From NCBI RefSeq assembly GCF_009914755.1, contig NC_060932.1: a stretch of DNA of 64,000 bases; one strand, 5' to 3'. Shown piece after piece: positions 1-15,165 of this stretch; positions within the stretch are counted from its first letter, which is position 1, and every line of letters begins with the position of its first letter. This DNA is from the human T2T-CHM13v2.0 reference genome, Homo sapiens. Below the pieces are notes generated by a model, which was not told the origin of the DNA, made no database searches, and was given only the letters and a program-made list of their open reading frames with translations. Both the position numbers and the translations under genes were made by a program.

Positions 1-2585
1 CTTTTTCCTTCTTTATGTCTTCTTTGTGGCATCTGTGAAGGTCTTTGGCCCATTGTTTAATCAGATTGTTTCTTTTCTTATTTTTTAGTTTTAAGAGTTG
101 CTTGCATACTTTGGATAAGAGTCTTTTATCAAATATGTCTTTTGCAAATATTTTCTACTAGTCTGCAGCTTATCTTCTCATTCTTTTAATATTGTCTTTC
201 ACAGAGCATACATTTAATATTTTAATTCTTTCATGGACGATGCCTTTTGTGTTGTATCTAAAAAATAATTGCCATATCCAAGATGATCTAGGTTTTCTCC
301 CATGTTATCTCCCAGGAGTTTTAGAGTTTTGAATTTTACACTTAGACCTTTGATCCACATGGAGTTAATTGTGGAGGATGTAAGATCTGTGTCTAGATTT
401 ATTTATTTATTTTTTGCATATGAATATCTAATTGTAGCAGCACCATTTGTTGAAAAGATTATCTTTTATTGTATTGCCTTTGCTCCTTTGTCAGAGATCA
501 GTTAGCTGTATTTATGTAGGACTCTTTTTGGGCTCTCTATCTTGTTCTCTTTATCTATCTGTCACCTTTTGCTAATAACACAGTCTTGAAGCTTGTGCAT
601 GCGTCACATAGTTCTCGTGCCATGGTTTTCAGCTCCATCAGGCCATTTAAGGTCCTTTCTACCCTGTTTATTCTAGTTAGCCATTTGTCTAATCTTTTTT
701 CAAAGTTTTTAGCTTCCTTGCGATGGGTTCGAATATCCTCCTTTAGCTTGGAGAAGTTTGTTATTACCAACCTTCTAAAGCCTATTTCTGTCAGCCTGTC
801 AAAGTCATTCTCTGTCCAGCTTTGTTCCGTTGCTGGCGAGGAGCTGTGATCCTTTGGAGGAGAAGGGGCGCTCTGATTTTTAGAATTTTCAGCTTTTCTG
901 CTCTGGTTTCTCCCCATCTTTGTGGTTTTATCTACCTTTGGTCTTTGATGCTGATGACCTACAGATGGGGTTTTGGTGTGGATGTCCTTTTTGTTGATGT
1001 TGATGCTATTCCTTTCTGTTTGTTGGTTTTCCTTCTGACAGTCAGGTCCCTCAGCTGCAGATCTGTTGGAGTTTGCTGGAGGTCCACTCCAGACCCTTTT
1101 TGCCTGGGTATTACCAGTGGAGGCTGCAGAACAGCAAATATTGCAGAACAGCAAATATTGCTGCCTGATCCTTCCTCTGGAAGCCTCATCCCAGAGGGGC
1201 ACCCGCCTGTGTGAGGTGTCATTGGCCCCTACTGGGAAGTGTCTCCCAGTTAGGCTACATGGGTGTCAGGGACCCACTTGAGGAGGCAGTCTGTCTGTTC
1301 TCAGAGCTCAAACACTGTGCTAGGAGAACCACTGCTCTCTTCAGAGCTGTCAGACAGGGACGTTTAAATCTGCAGAAGATTCTCTTGCCTTTTGTTTAGC
1401 TATGCCCTGCCCCAAGAGGTGGGATCTACAGAGGCAGCAGGCCTTGCAGAGCTGTGGTGGGCTCCGCCCAGTTGAGCTTCCCTGGCTGCTTTGTTTACCT
1501 ACTCAAGCCTCAGCAATGGCAGACGCCCCTCCCCCTGCCAGGCTGCTGCCTCACAGGTCAATCTGCCTGCTGCCCTAGCAGTGAGCAAAGCTCTGTGGGC
1601 GTAGGACCCGCCGAGCCAGGCGTGGGATGTAATCTCCTGGTGTGCTGTTTGCTAAGACCATTGGAAAAGCACAGTATTTGGGTGGGGTTGTCCCAATTTT
1701 CCAGGTACAGTCTGTCACGGCTTCCCTTGGCTAGGAGAGGGAAATCCCCTGACCTCTTGTGCTTCCTGGGTGAGGCGATGCCCCGCCCTGCTTTGGCTCA
1801 CCCTCTGTGGACTACACCCACTGTCCAACCAGTCCCAATGAGATGAACCAGGTACCTCAGTTGGAAATGCAGAAATCACCATCTTCTGCGTCTGTTACAC
1901 TGGGAGCTGCAGACCGGAGCTGTTCCTATTCGGCCATCTTGGAATGGCCACACGGTCTTGATTACTGCAGCTTTAGAGTAAGTCTTGAAGTCAGGTAGCA
2001 CCAGTCCTCCAACTTTGTTCTTCTTCTTTACTATTATATTGGCTATTCTGGGTCTTTTGCCACCCCATGTAAACTTTAAAATCAGTTTTATCTATATCCA
2101 CAAACTAATTTGCTGGGATTTTGATTAGGATCGCATTGAATGTATAGATCAAGTTGGGGAACTGACATCTTAATATTGAGTCTGCCTGTATGTGAGCATG
2201 AAATATCTCTCCATTTATTTAGTTCTTTGATTCTTTCATCAGATAGTGTTATAGTTTCCCCATAGAGATCTTATACATATTTTGTTAGATTTATACCTAA
2301 CTCTCATTTTTGGGGGTCCTAATGTACATGATATTATGTTTTTAATTTCAAATTCTACTTGTTCATTGCTGGCATATAGGAAAGTAATTGACTTTTGTAT
2401 ATTAACCCTGTATCCTATAACCTTACTGTAATTGCTTTTTAGTTCCAGGAGTCTTTTTCAATTCTTTTTGATTTTCTACATAGATGATCATATTATCTCT
2501 GTACAAAGACAGTTTTTCTTTCTTTCCAGTCAGTATACCTTTTACTTTGTTTTCTTTTCTCACTGCAGTAGCTAGGACTACCAAT
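1..2585 (-). mobile_element. Old L1M-type LINE-1 ORF2 remnant, interrupted at 590-1949 by a younger L1PA
   Basis: Diverged antisense ORF2 motifs (ttgaagtcaggtag, gcattgaatgtatagatc, gctaggactacc) run collinearly on both sides of the insertion. Confidence 0.8.
590..1949 (-). mobile_element. L1PA (about L1PA7/8) 5' UTR plus ORF1 N-terminus, lacking the 3' end
   Basis: Minus strand starts ...CCAAGATGGCCGAATAGGAACAGCTCCGG (YY1 site). ORF1 ATG at 917 (MGRNQSRKAENSKNQSAPSPPKDHSSSPATEQSWTENDFD). Direct repeats ACACRGTCTTGA at 578-589 and 1950-1961. Confidence 0.92.
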
Positions 2586-2756
2586 CTGATATTGCTTTAC
2601 CTTCCTCACATTTTTTTTTTAGCATTGACAGTGTGTTTTTTTTTATTTTTAATAGTTATGCTTCTAAAACATATTTAAATTTTATTTTTAATCCAAATTG
2701 AAAATATATGTCTTATAATTATATCACTTAATATATTTATATTTACTGTAATTACT

Positions 2757-2933
2757 GATCCATTTAATCAAATCTAAATGCCATTGATTATAAGATACAC
2801 CACTTTTTCCATACCACTGAGAAAGAAATATGGTGTCAATGAAATTAATACGTCAATTGTAATCTGAAATGAATCTCAGTTTCAAAGTTATTTAAATATG
2901 GAAAGAATGTGTTTTAGAATCAATTAAATACAG
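2757..2933 (-). mobile_element. MER104-like (TcMar-Tc2) non-autonomous DNA transposon
   Basis: ~180 bp resembling the remembered MER104 consensus, with degenerate TIR ttagaatcaattaaatacag. Confidence 0.6.
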
Positions 2934-3011
2934 CATTTGGGTTTAAATCTACCATCTTATATCTCCTTTATTTGTCTTCTTTTATGGTTTTTTTCTTAAA
3001 AGTTTTCGGTC

Positions 3012-3135
3012 TTAAATATTTAAGTTGATGGATGTTCCAATTACCCTGATTTGGTCTTTACACATTGTATGAATGGATCAAGTGATCACATGTATCCTGA
3101 GAATATATACATCTATTGTGTATCAGTTAAAAATG
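3012..3135 (+). mobile_element. L1MA 3' terminal fragment
   Basis: gatggatgttccaattaccctgattt...tatcagttaaaaa followed by an A-rich (CAA)n tail. Confidence 0.6.
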
Positions 3136-3199
3136 GGACGACAACAACAACAACAAAATCTTCTGTGTTATTTCTTTTGGGTTGGTAGAGTGTTTTTAT

Positions 3200-3335
3200 A
3201 TTTATTTTCACTTTGTAGAAATGGGTTCTTGTTATGTTGCCCAGGCTGGTTTTGAACTCCTAGGCCTAAGCAATCCTCCCACCTTAGCCTCCTGATGTGC
3301 TGGGATTACAGGTGTGAGCCACTGTGCACTGCCAG
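3200..3335 (-). mobile_element. Alu monomer (FLAM/AluJ left arm)
   Basis: tgttgcccaggctggttttgaactcct...tgctgggattacaggtgtgagcc. Confidence 0.85.
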
Positions 3336-4677
3336 ATAGAGTGTTTTTAGTAGATACTGTTTTTCTTCTAGACATATTTCTAGAATGGAAATTATGCAGT
3401 CTTTTATTTTTTTTAAAGTTACCCTAGAAATTATTACACATGTTCTTATTTATCATGTCTACTATTAAATCTTATCCTTCCCCACACAGTTCAAAGGCTA
3501 TATCGTGCCTTAACTCCATTCATCACTTTCTTGACTCATATAGCTGTGTGCCAGGAAGATATTAGTGATTGTTTATCATTATTCATTTAGATTTTGACCA
3601 CTGCCCTTGCTCTTTGGTCCTCTTGCATCTCTGACCTTCCATTTGGTATCCATTTTTCAGTCTGATCAAAGAACCAGTTTTGACTTTCCTTTAATGTGTT
3701 TTTAGTAGTAGTGTATCTCTTAGTTTTTGTTTTTGTTTTTCTCCTGAGGGTGTCTTTGTTTCTGTTTTTTGAGGATATTTTTGTTGAATATAGAATCGTA
3801 GATCATCAGTTATTTTTCATCATATTGGGATTTTTCCATTGTCTTTTGCTTTCCATGTTGTTGTTGAGATGTCAAGGTGTCAGACCATTATTCCATTGAA
3901 ATGAATCTGTCTATTTACCTATGGCTGTTTTCACAATTTTGTCTTTAAACTTTTTTTTTTGACGTTTCATTATCATGTTCCTGTTGTAGAAAGAAAAAAA
4001 TATACAACATGCATACATACGTATGTTATGTATATATAACACATTTACACATATATGTCTTCATATCCTGCTTAGAAATTTTTTAGTGTTTTAAAGTTTG
4101 TGGCTTGATATTTTTCATCAGTCGGAAAATTCTCAGTCATGTCTTTACATATTGCCTGTGTACACAGGGTGTCTGCACATTTGCTGTCTCTCTTACGCCT
4201 CTGTGATTCTAGTGAACTGTGTGTTAGACCTCACTATGTCTCCTTTGTCTCTTAGTTTTTTAAATATGTTTCCTATCTTTTTGTGTTTTTTTCTTCTGTG
4301 TAATTTCTTCTGATATCTTTCAGCTCACTGATTCTGTCTTCATATGTATTTTGTCTGTTGTTAAACTTATCCATTGAATTATTAATTTTGCTTATTTCAT
4401 TTGTCAAATTTATGTCTGGTTCTTTTTCAAATCTGATATATTAGTTTTGTAGATTTTAGTTTCCTGCCCAAATTTTCATGCTTGTCACTTTTGTCTCTGA
4501 TCATAGTAAGCATAAATGTCTTATGGCTATCATTTGATAATCCTAGAACTAGTATTAGGAGTCTTTATTGGACTTTATCTGCTCGTTTTTTTCTTTCTTG
4601 TAGTGTATTGTGGCTTCATGTGGTATTTTATATTGTGTAGCTGTTATATTTAAAATTTTTTTTAAGAATAATTTCTA

Positions 4678-5020
<343 letters not shown>

Positions 5021-6192
5021 CTAGGTAATACATATTTTTTTCTCTTATTTTTCCTCAGATTCCTTTTTACTACCAAGCTGATATTAAACTTTCTTTTTTT
5101 GAGGGCATATTTCCTACCCTCTACTTCATAGGCTGTTTAATAAATGTTAATTTTCTATCATTTTGTTTGGCTTTTTTTTTTAGATGCTAGTGATGTACAT
5201 GTTTCATTTTTTCCCCCTCAGATAACTCAGTCATTGGGAGCCAGTTCCATTTAATAAAATGGATAATCTACCCTCGTAATAAGATTTTTTTGTTATTGTT
5301 TATGATATTTTGGGGGCACAGTGGTATTCTTATGCATTGCTGTTAGATTCTGGAAAGTGTGAGTTGCTCTTCCTGGGAGGTGCCTTTCTAGAAAAATGGC
5401 TTTCTTAACTCTGCCCCTCAATGTCAGCAAGCTTCCATCAGCAAGCTTCCATAATCAGGTGTTTTTTTCTTAATCTAATTCAGTACCAGCACTTAGAATC
5501 TTCTCTTAAGACTTCCTAATCCTAGGCTGTGGGAATCAGCATAGTAATGGTGAAAATTGTGTTCTGGGAATTTTCAGAGGACTCAAATAAATATGTTTTG
5601 AATGATAGTTGAAATTTTTTTTTTTGTCATTTCCATGTAAAACATTTTCATTATTGTCGATCTCCTTTTGAAGCCATTTTGGGAAAATCACCTAGATGTG
5701 AGAAAAGAGAGGAGGAGAGGCTATAAATCATTAATATTGTAGAGTCTAGAGGTGATAGAGAGTAGAAATACTTGAGTTGCTCTTCAAGCCCCGTATCAGG
5801 AGAAAGATCATTCTTTTTGTTGCCATAGGTGCCAGCCAGTGATGGCTAGTGGAAGGGTATTTTCACTGTAGCCTCTAAAGCATTTTAAAGTCTCACTGAA
5901 GGCCAACACAGGGGATGTTGTTACTATCTCCCATCTGTTAAAAAGCACCACAAGTGTCTATGATTTTGTTATGCTTTTTAGTTCTATAGTCAATTCATGT
6001 GGGTGAATTTTTTTTTTTTTTTGGTAGATTGCTGAAGGATCAAGCATTTGAAACATTGTTTATAAGAAAATATCCTTCAACTACCAGATAATGAGCTTAT
6101 TTAAAAAATAACTTGTTTAGAGGTGGTAGACTTTATGTAGGTTGAAATTAGGGACTAAAATATAGGACTATACATATGCCTGCGCAAGTTCT

Positions 6193-6489
6193 TTTTTTTT
6201 TTTTTTTTTTTTTTTGAGACGGAGTCTCGCTCTGTCACCCAGGCTGGAGTGCAGTGGCGCAGTCTCGGCTCACTGCAAGCTCTGCCTCCCGGGTTCACGC
6301 CATTCTCCTGCCTCAGCCTCTCTGAGTAGCTGGGACTACAGGCGCCCGCCACTGCGCCCGGCTAATTTTTTTTTTTTATTTTTAGTAGAGACGGGGTTTC
6401 ACCGTGGTCTCGATCTCCTGACCTCGTGATCCACCCGCCTCGGCCTCCCAAAGTGCTGGGATTACAAGCGTAAGCCACCACGCCCGGCC
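6193..6489 (-). mobile_element. Young AluY with a 12-bp left-arm deletion (AluYd-like)
   Basis: Sense strand reads GAGATCGAGACCACGGTGAAACC, lacking ATCCTGGCTAAC; perfect TSD TGCCTGCGCAAGTTCT at 6177-6192 and 6490-6505. Confidence 0.92.
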
Positions 6490-6599
6490 TGCCTGCGCAA
6501 GTTCTATGGCCATTGTCTAATTAAATATATGTAATTTATAAATATATATTTATGTAGTATATATATTTAAATATATATTTAAGTGTGTGTGTGTGTGTG

Positions 6600-6833
6600 T
6601 TTTTTTTTTTTTTTTGGAGACAGGGTCTCTGGAGAGCAGTGGCTTGATCATAGCTCACTGCAGCCTTAAACTCCTCCCACCCCAGCCTCCTGAGTAGCTG
6701 GGACTACAGGTGTGCACCACCATGCCCAGCTTATTTTTTGTAGAGACAGGGTCTCATTATGTTGCCCAGGTGGCCTTGAATTCCTGGGCTCAAGTGATCC
6801 TCTTGCCTTAGCTTCCCAAAGCATTGGGATTAC
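6600..6833 (-). mobile_element. Degraded AluJ, preceded by (TA)n/(TG)n
   Basis: gatcatagctcactgcagcctt and gtagctgggactacagg motifs; microsatellite at 6520-6600. Confidence 0.85.
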
Positions 6834-7004
6834 ATTATTAAATATATTCCTACAGAAAACATTATTGCATGTATACCATGTAGCAGGCGCTGTGCTTACC
6901 ACATAAAGATCAACAGTACAAAATAAAAAACAATTACAAGCCTCTGTTTAAACTGCAGTCTTCTTTGTTTATCAAATAATTATTTTATACTGCTTTGACA
7001 TTTT

Positions 7005-7865
7005 TACTTGATGTCTAATAGGCTCAAACTCCTGTGATCCCTCCTAAAGTTGTCCTAAAATGTGATCTACCCATAGTCTTCCCCATGTGAATTAATGGTA
7101 ACTCCTTCCTTCTAGTATCCCAGGACAACAACCTGGGAGTCATTCTTGATTTCTCTTTTTTCTCACTCTTCATCTTAATGGCTGTTCCTTTAAAACAAAA
7201 GCAATCCAACCACTTCTTACAGCTCCCACTGTTTCATTTTGGTCCATCATCATCTGTTTGGTGGATTTCTCTAAGAGCCTTCTTTGTAGTCTTCCTCTTA
7301 ATAGAACAAGTATGGTGATCCTATTAAAACATTAGTCAAATCACATTACTCCTGCACTTTTCATGGTCTTCCCCTTCCAACTTCCCCATTCCACTTAGAG
7401 TAGAAAGCCACATTCCTACAATGGCCTATTCCTGTCTTTGCTGACTGTATCTCTCATGACTCATTTCCTCACTGACTCAGTCTGCCAGGAAAGCTTCTAC
7501 CCCAGAGTTTTTGCATTTGCTATTCCTTCTTTCTATAGTGTTTTCCTCCCAGATACACAGTTTTGATTGAACTGTCACATATTTGAGGTGCCTGTCCTGA
7601 CTGCCCTTTTAAAATCACAAGCATCCCTTCCTCTGCAGAGCTCATCACACCCACACCCCGTCGCCTTTTTTCCCCATAGCACTTATTACCTTATAATATG
7701 CTATCTAATTTATTATATAAGTAAATCACTGAATCATAATCATAACCTTTACATGGGCAGGGATTTTTGTCTGCTATGTTCACAGTTTCATCCCTTGCAC
7801 CAAGAAGAATGCCTTGTACATAATAGATATTCAGTAAATATTTGTTGAGTGAGTGGTTGATTGAT
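7005..7865 (+). mobile_element. L2 LINE 3' remnant
   Basis: aacctgggagtcattcttga, gggcagggattttgtct and terminal agtaaatatttgttgagtgagt. Confidence 0.75.
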
Positions 7866-8429
7866 ATTGCACAAAAGGACTCCTCCCCACAATATTCTTA
7901 GTAGCAAGAAAAAGAATAAGGAAGACAAGTCTTTCTGTTATTGACAAAAGCCTTGTGCTAAATGTTTTCTTTCCGTGAGTCAGAATTTTGTCTTTGCCTA
8001 TTCTTTTGTCTCAAACCATTGATAGTTTATGTTCTTTCTTTTTTCTTTCTCTGCCAGTCTTTTAAAATCCTTCCACGTCCTACATCTAGATACTTTTTTT
8101 GTTTTTTTTGGTCAAACAGCAGTTAACAGTACCAAAATGTTCTAGGCAGACTGCATTCCAATCCAAGAGGCAGGAGTCAGTACTATCAACTTTTCTAGAG
8201 ACCAGTTAGCAAAGAAGAGTTTAACATGACTACTCAGGGCAAAAAATATGTTTCTTAGAGTTCCTTGGATATACAAAAGACCAAGCTATAGATAGGGCTG
8301 CTTCTTCATTAACTAGAATGCAACATAGCTTTCACTCCTGCTGCTACTTCTGGTACCATTGCTCAAACTGATGAAAAGAGATTCAGGGTACCAAATTCCC
8401 TTGAAAAAATACAAATATATGTAAGATAT

Positions 8430-10240
<1,811 letters not shown>

Positions 10241-11086
10241 ATTTTAATGTGACATGGATTCCTCAAAGATATAGGTGATGTATAGGTGTAATTTCCACTA
10301 GTTTTCAAAGGTAAAAATAGCCAGTGGGACTACCTGAAAGTATTTTATAGTTATTGAGTAAAGTAGTAGCTAAAAAAAAAATCCCAGGTAGAACATATCA
10401 AAATTGCATTTATATAAATCTCACATAGCTCAAGTTGGACATTTCTTAAAGGCCAACTAACTTTCAAAGTACTAACCACGGTTCCCAGGAATTATCATAA
10501 AATTTATTATATGTAAAGCTCAAGTTGAAAACTTGTCATATAGGAGTAGCTGAAATTCTACACTGTGCAGTCTGCCTTTTGATGGCTAGTGTGCATCTGA
10601 ACTGGAGTTGCCCATTTGCATTATTTTTGCAGAGCTCCTAATAAGTGGTAATGGGCATGGGTGAACATAAAAATGTTATCCTTCAGAGTAGAAAAAAGAT
10701 TGGAGACAACGTACAGCTACCTTCCAATATTTGAAGAACCTTTACTGTGTTAGATAAATAAAACTTTATTCTCATAGGACTAAATAATTTTTAAAGTCTC
10801 TTCTGATGCTGAGAATTATCATTTTGTATTTCAATGTAAGTGATATGTTTTAAAGATATTTTATTGGAAGTACAATATATTGTAAGAAAAGTGAATTATT
10901 ATATAGTAGCTGAAGTAATGTTCAATATTTATCACAAGTAGATATGAATTCTCATTTCTGTCCACTTTTATTAGCTTCTTTTCTGTCATTTAAAATATTC
11001 ACATTTTGTGGGTTAAAGTCATGACTTAACATTTTCAAAGTGAGTAATCACTGTGACATAGATCTTTTTCTTAATGTTTATTATAG

Positions 11087-11258
11087 GGGTTCCAGAAACT
11101 TTAGCAGTTGCAGTGCAGAGGACTTTGAGAAGTTAACTTTAAATAAAGGAGGAAACTGCCTTCTTAATATTCCAAAGCCTGATGAAGCCTATAGTGCTCC
11201 CTCCTGTGGTAATAAGTTGGTGGACGCTGGGGAAGAGTGTGACTGTGGTACTCCAAAG
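11087..11258 (+). CDS. ADAM9: ADAM9 coding exon (~exon 12, 172 nt): end of metalloprotease domain, start of disintegrin domain
   Basis: tttattatag|G GGT TCC ... CCA AAG|gtcagt. Encodes GSRNFSSCSAEDFEKLTLNKGGNCLLNIPKPDEAYSAPSCGNKLVDAGEECDCGTPK, with the ADAM CGN..V..GEECDCG motif; recognised as ADAM9. Confidence 0.97.
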
Positions 11259-12774
11259 GTCAGTTTAATTTTTGACTTTTGCCTTGTAAAATTGCCATGA
11301 TATTTGCAAGAAATAAAATGGCTTGCTTTGGGCAACTCTGACATAGGAGCTAAAGTAAAATTTAGTGGCACAGTGAGGATTGTTATTTTGTTTGTATGGC
11401 TGTGTTCCAGGGATTGGTCATCTCCTTCTTCTCAGAGTATGACTAACGGTGCCATCTGTTTTGAAGTCAGGGAATGTGCCATGTTTATTCTCTACTTTTT
11501 TAATGCTATTTTCTATGATTTATGGTTATTAGCTTATTTGCTTTAAAGAATGAATTTCACCTGGCTCTTTATTTGTAAGCTTTCACCATTCTGGCACTGC
11601 CATTGCAGGAATATTTATTTAGCTGGACTCATTTTAAAAATGAATTGGAGCTGGCCTGTCCTCCAGCGTCCTTCAGTATTCAAAGTTCTTGCTACTCAAA
11701 GTAGCACTCTAAAAAAAAAAAAATTCAAGTAGTAAGTAAAAGCAACCTTACACACGTTTATTTCCCCCATAAATCTTTTACTTCCTTTTTTTATGTTTGA
11801 TGTTTTTCTTTTTAGACTATTCTGTTCATTTATATACAGTATACAGTAGGTACATTTATAAATATTGGGCTTGTTTTAGGATTTATTTTTACTTTAATGT
11901 GGTAAGAATACTTAGCATGAAATTGATCCTTCTAAGAGATTTTTAAATGTCCAGTACAGTATTGTTAACTCTGGGTACTGTGTTGTACAGCACATCTCTA
12001 GAACTTTTTCACTGTGTGTAACTGAAACTTTGTATCTGTTGATCGGCAGCTCCCCATTTTCCATTCCACAAGCCCCTGACCACCACTATTCTGTTCACTG
12101 CTTTTATGAACTTGACTATTTTAGATACCTAATATAAGTGGAATCAAATGGTATTATGTCCTTTGTGGCTGCCTTATTTCTCTTAGCATGGTATTGTATA
12201 CTCAAGTTTCATCTACGTTATTGCAATGACAAGATTTCCTTCTTTTTTGGGAAATAGTATTCCATTGTATGTGTGTATATGTATGTATGTATGTACATTT
12301 TCTTTATCCATTCAACTGTTGACAGACATTTAGGTGGTTTCTACATCTTGGCTACTGTGAATAATGCTGCAGTGAACATAGGAATGCTAATATCTCTTCA
12401 AGATCTTGATTTTATTTTAGATAAGTACCCAGAAGTGGGATTGCTAGATCACATGGTAGTTATATTTTTAATTTTTAAAAGAACCTTCGTACTATTTTCC
12501 ATAGTGGCTGCACCATTTTGCATTCTTCCCAACAGTGCACAAGGGTTCCAGTTTCTCCACATTCTTGCCGACACTTGTTGTCTTTTGTTTTTTTCCGTGA
12601 TAGCAATCCTAACAGGTATGAAATTATATTTCATTGTGATTTTGATTTGCATTTCCATGATGATGAGTGACATTGAGCATCTTTTCATATACCTGTTGGC
12701 TATTTGTGTGTCTTCATGGAGCAATGTCTATTAAGTCTCAGGCCTGTTTTAATTATTTTTTTGTTTCTTTTAAC

Positions 12775-13055
12775 ATTTTTATATATTTAGGGGATGTAAA
12801 TGCAGATTTCTTGCATGTATATATTGCATATTGGTAAAGTGAGGGCTTTTCATGTACCTGTCATTCAAATAGTGAACATTGTACCCAAAAGGTAATTTTT
12901 CAGCCCTCACACCCCTCCCATGCTCCCACTTTTTGGGGTCTCCAGTGTCTGTTATTCCACTCTGTACATCCATGAATACTGATTGCTTAGCTCCCACTTA
13001 TAAGTGAGAACATGCAGTATTTGACTTTCTGCTTCTGAGTTACTTCAATTAGGAA
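12775..13055 (-). mobile_element. L1PB-like 3' end fragment nested in the L1MA
   Basis: A second L1 3' terminus (…gctcccacttataagtgagaacatgcagtattt) interrupts the host ORF2. Confidence 0.7.
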
Positions 13056-13592
13056 AATTAACCCATTTTAAATCAGGTTATTAGTTTTTCATTTTTTGCT
13101 ATTGAGCTGTAGCTCTTCCTGTATATTTTGAAAGTTTACCCCTTATGGTTTGCAGATATTTCCCCCTATTCCATAACTTGGCTTTTCACTCTGTTGATTG
13201 CTTCCTATGCTGTGTAGAAGGTTTTTAGTTTGATATAGCCCCACTTGTCTATTTTTGGCTTCTGTTGCCTGTAATTTTGGCATCATATCCATGAAATCAT
13301 TGCCAAGACCAATGTCATGAAGCTTTTCCTCTATGTTTTCTTCTAAGAGTTTTACTGTTTCAGGCCTTATGTTTAAGTCTTTAATCCATTTTAAGTTGAT
13401 TTTTGTGTATGGCGTAAGATAAGGTTCCAATTTCATTCTTTTGCATGTTGATATCCAGTTTTCCACGGGGGAAGGGACTACCTTTTCACCATTCTTTTTC
13501 TTAGCATCCTTGTTGAAGATCAGGTGATCTCATATGTGTGGGTTTTTATTTCTGCATTCTTTATTCTGTTCCATTGGTCTATATGTCTGAAT

Positions 13593-14699
13593 TTTATTTT
13601 ATTTTAGATTCAGGGGGTACATATGTATGTTTGTTACATGGGTATATTGTATCCTGGTGGGGATTGGGCTTCTGGTGTACCCATTACCCAAACAATGAAC
13701 ATTGTACCTTATAAATAATTTGTCAGCCCTCACTCTCCTCCTACCCTCTCCAGCCCTCACTCTCCTCCTACCCTCTCCTCTTTTGGAGTTACCCAGTGTC
13801 CATCACCTCCATCTTTATGTCCATGTGCGCGCATTGTTTAGCCCATGCTTATAAGTGAGAATATGCAGTGTTTGATTTTGTGTTTCTGAGTTAGTTCACT
13901 TAGGATAATGGCCTCCAGCTCCATCCATGTTGCTGCAGAGGACATGATTTCATTCTTTTTTATGGCTACATATAGTATTCCGTGGGGTGTGTGTATGTGT
14001 GTGTGTGTATACATACATATATATGTATATATATGTGTGTGCACACATACATATGTATGTATATATGTGTGTGCACACATACCTATGTATGTGTATATGT
14101 GTGTGCACACATACCTATGTATGTGTATATGTGTGTGCACACATACCTATGTATGTGTATGTGTGTGTGCATACATACATATGTATGTGTATGTGTGTGT
14201 GCATACATACATATGTGTGTGTGCATACATACATATGTGTGTGTGCATACATACATATGTGTGTGTGCATACATACATATATGTGTATATATGTGTATAC
14301 ATACATATATGTGTATATATGTGTATACATACATATATGTGTATATATGTGTATACATACATATATGTGTATATATGTGTATACATACATATATGTGTAT
14401 ATATGTGTATACATACATATGTATATGTGTGTGTACACCTATACATGTGTGTGTACACCTATACATGTGTGTGTACACCTATACATGTGTGTACATACAT
14501 ATAGGTGTGTGTACATACACCTATAGGTGTGTGTACACACACCTATATGTGCGCGTGTGTACACACACCTATATGTGCGCGTGTGTACACACACCTATAT
14601 GTGCGTGTGTGTACACACACCTATATGTGCGTGTGTATACATATGTGTGTGTACATACATATATATGTGCATATGTGTGTATATATGTGTGTGTGTATA

Positions 14700-14731
<32 letters not shown>

Positions 14732-15165
14732 AAAGATTTTTCTCATCCAGTCGACTGTTGATGGACACTTACATTAGTTTCATGACTTTGGTATTGTGAA
14801 TAGTGCTGCAATGAGCATATGAGTGCAGATACCTTTTTTACATAACGATTTATTTTCCTCTGGGTAGATACCCAGTAGTGGAATTGCTGGGTCAAATGGT
14901 AGTTCTAGTTTTAGTTCTTTGAAAAATCTTTATACTGTTTTCCATAGAGGTTGAACTAATTTACATTCTCACCAACAATGTATAAGCATTCCCTTTTTTC
15001 TGCATCTGCACCAATATCAGCCTTTTTTTTTTTGACTTTTTAATGATAGCCATTCTGACTATTGTAAGATGATATCTCATTGTGGTTTTAATATGCATTC
15101 TCTGATTTTCAATGATGTTGAGCATTTTTTCCTGTGTTTGGCAGCTGCTTGTATTTCTTCTTCTG
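13593..15165 (-). mobile_element. Old L1PA (about PA15/16) 3' fragment nested in the L1MA
   Basis: ttagattcagggggtacat...gttacatgggtatattg terminus; ORF2 C-terminus AIKKNEIMSSAATWMELEAIILSELTQ. Confidence 0.75.
13985..14730. repeat. Compound TG/TA/CA microsatellite-minisatellite, ~745 bp
   Basis: Near-continuous purine/pyrimidine alternation in successive blocks of ~32-, 20-, 28-, 20- and 26-bp units. Confidence 0.97.

Noticed and set aside
555-1202. 215-aa minus-strand ORF as a novel gene
   Set aside because: It is L1 5' UTR read-through plus the ORF1 N-terminus, ending in flanking sequence.
11040-11300. ORF-track extensions of ADAM9 exons (also 23600-23890 and 46237-46590)
   Set aside because: The extra residues are intronic read-through beyond clear AG/GT boundaries.
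13985-14730. CRISPR-like periodicity
   Set aside because: Direct tandem units with no unique spacers and no cas genes, in a primate intron.
13838-14799. Many overlapping long C/V/Y/H/T/I-rich ORFs of up to 259 aa
   Set aside because: Artefacts of a stop-poor dinucleotide-derived repeat; open in several frames on both strands.
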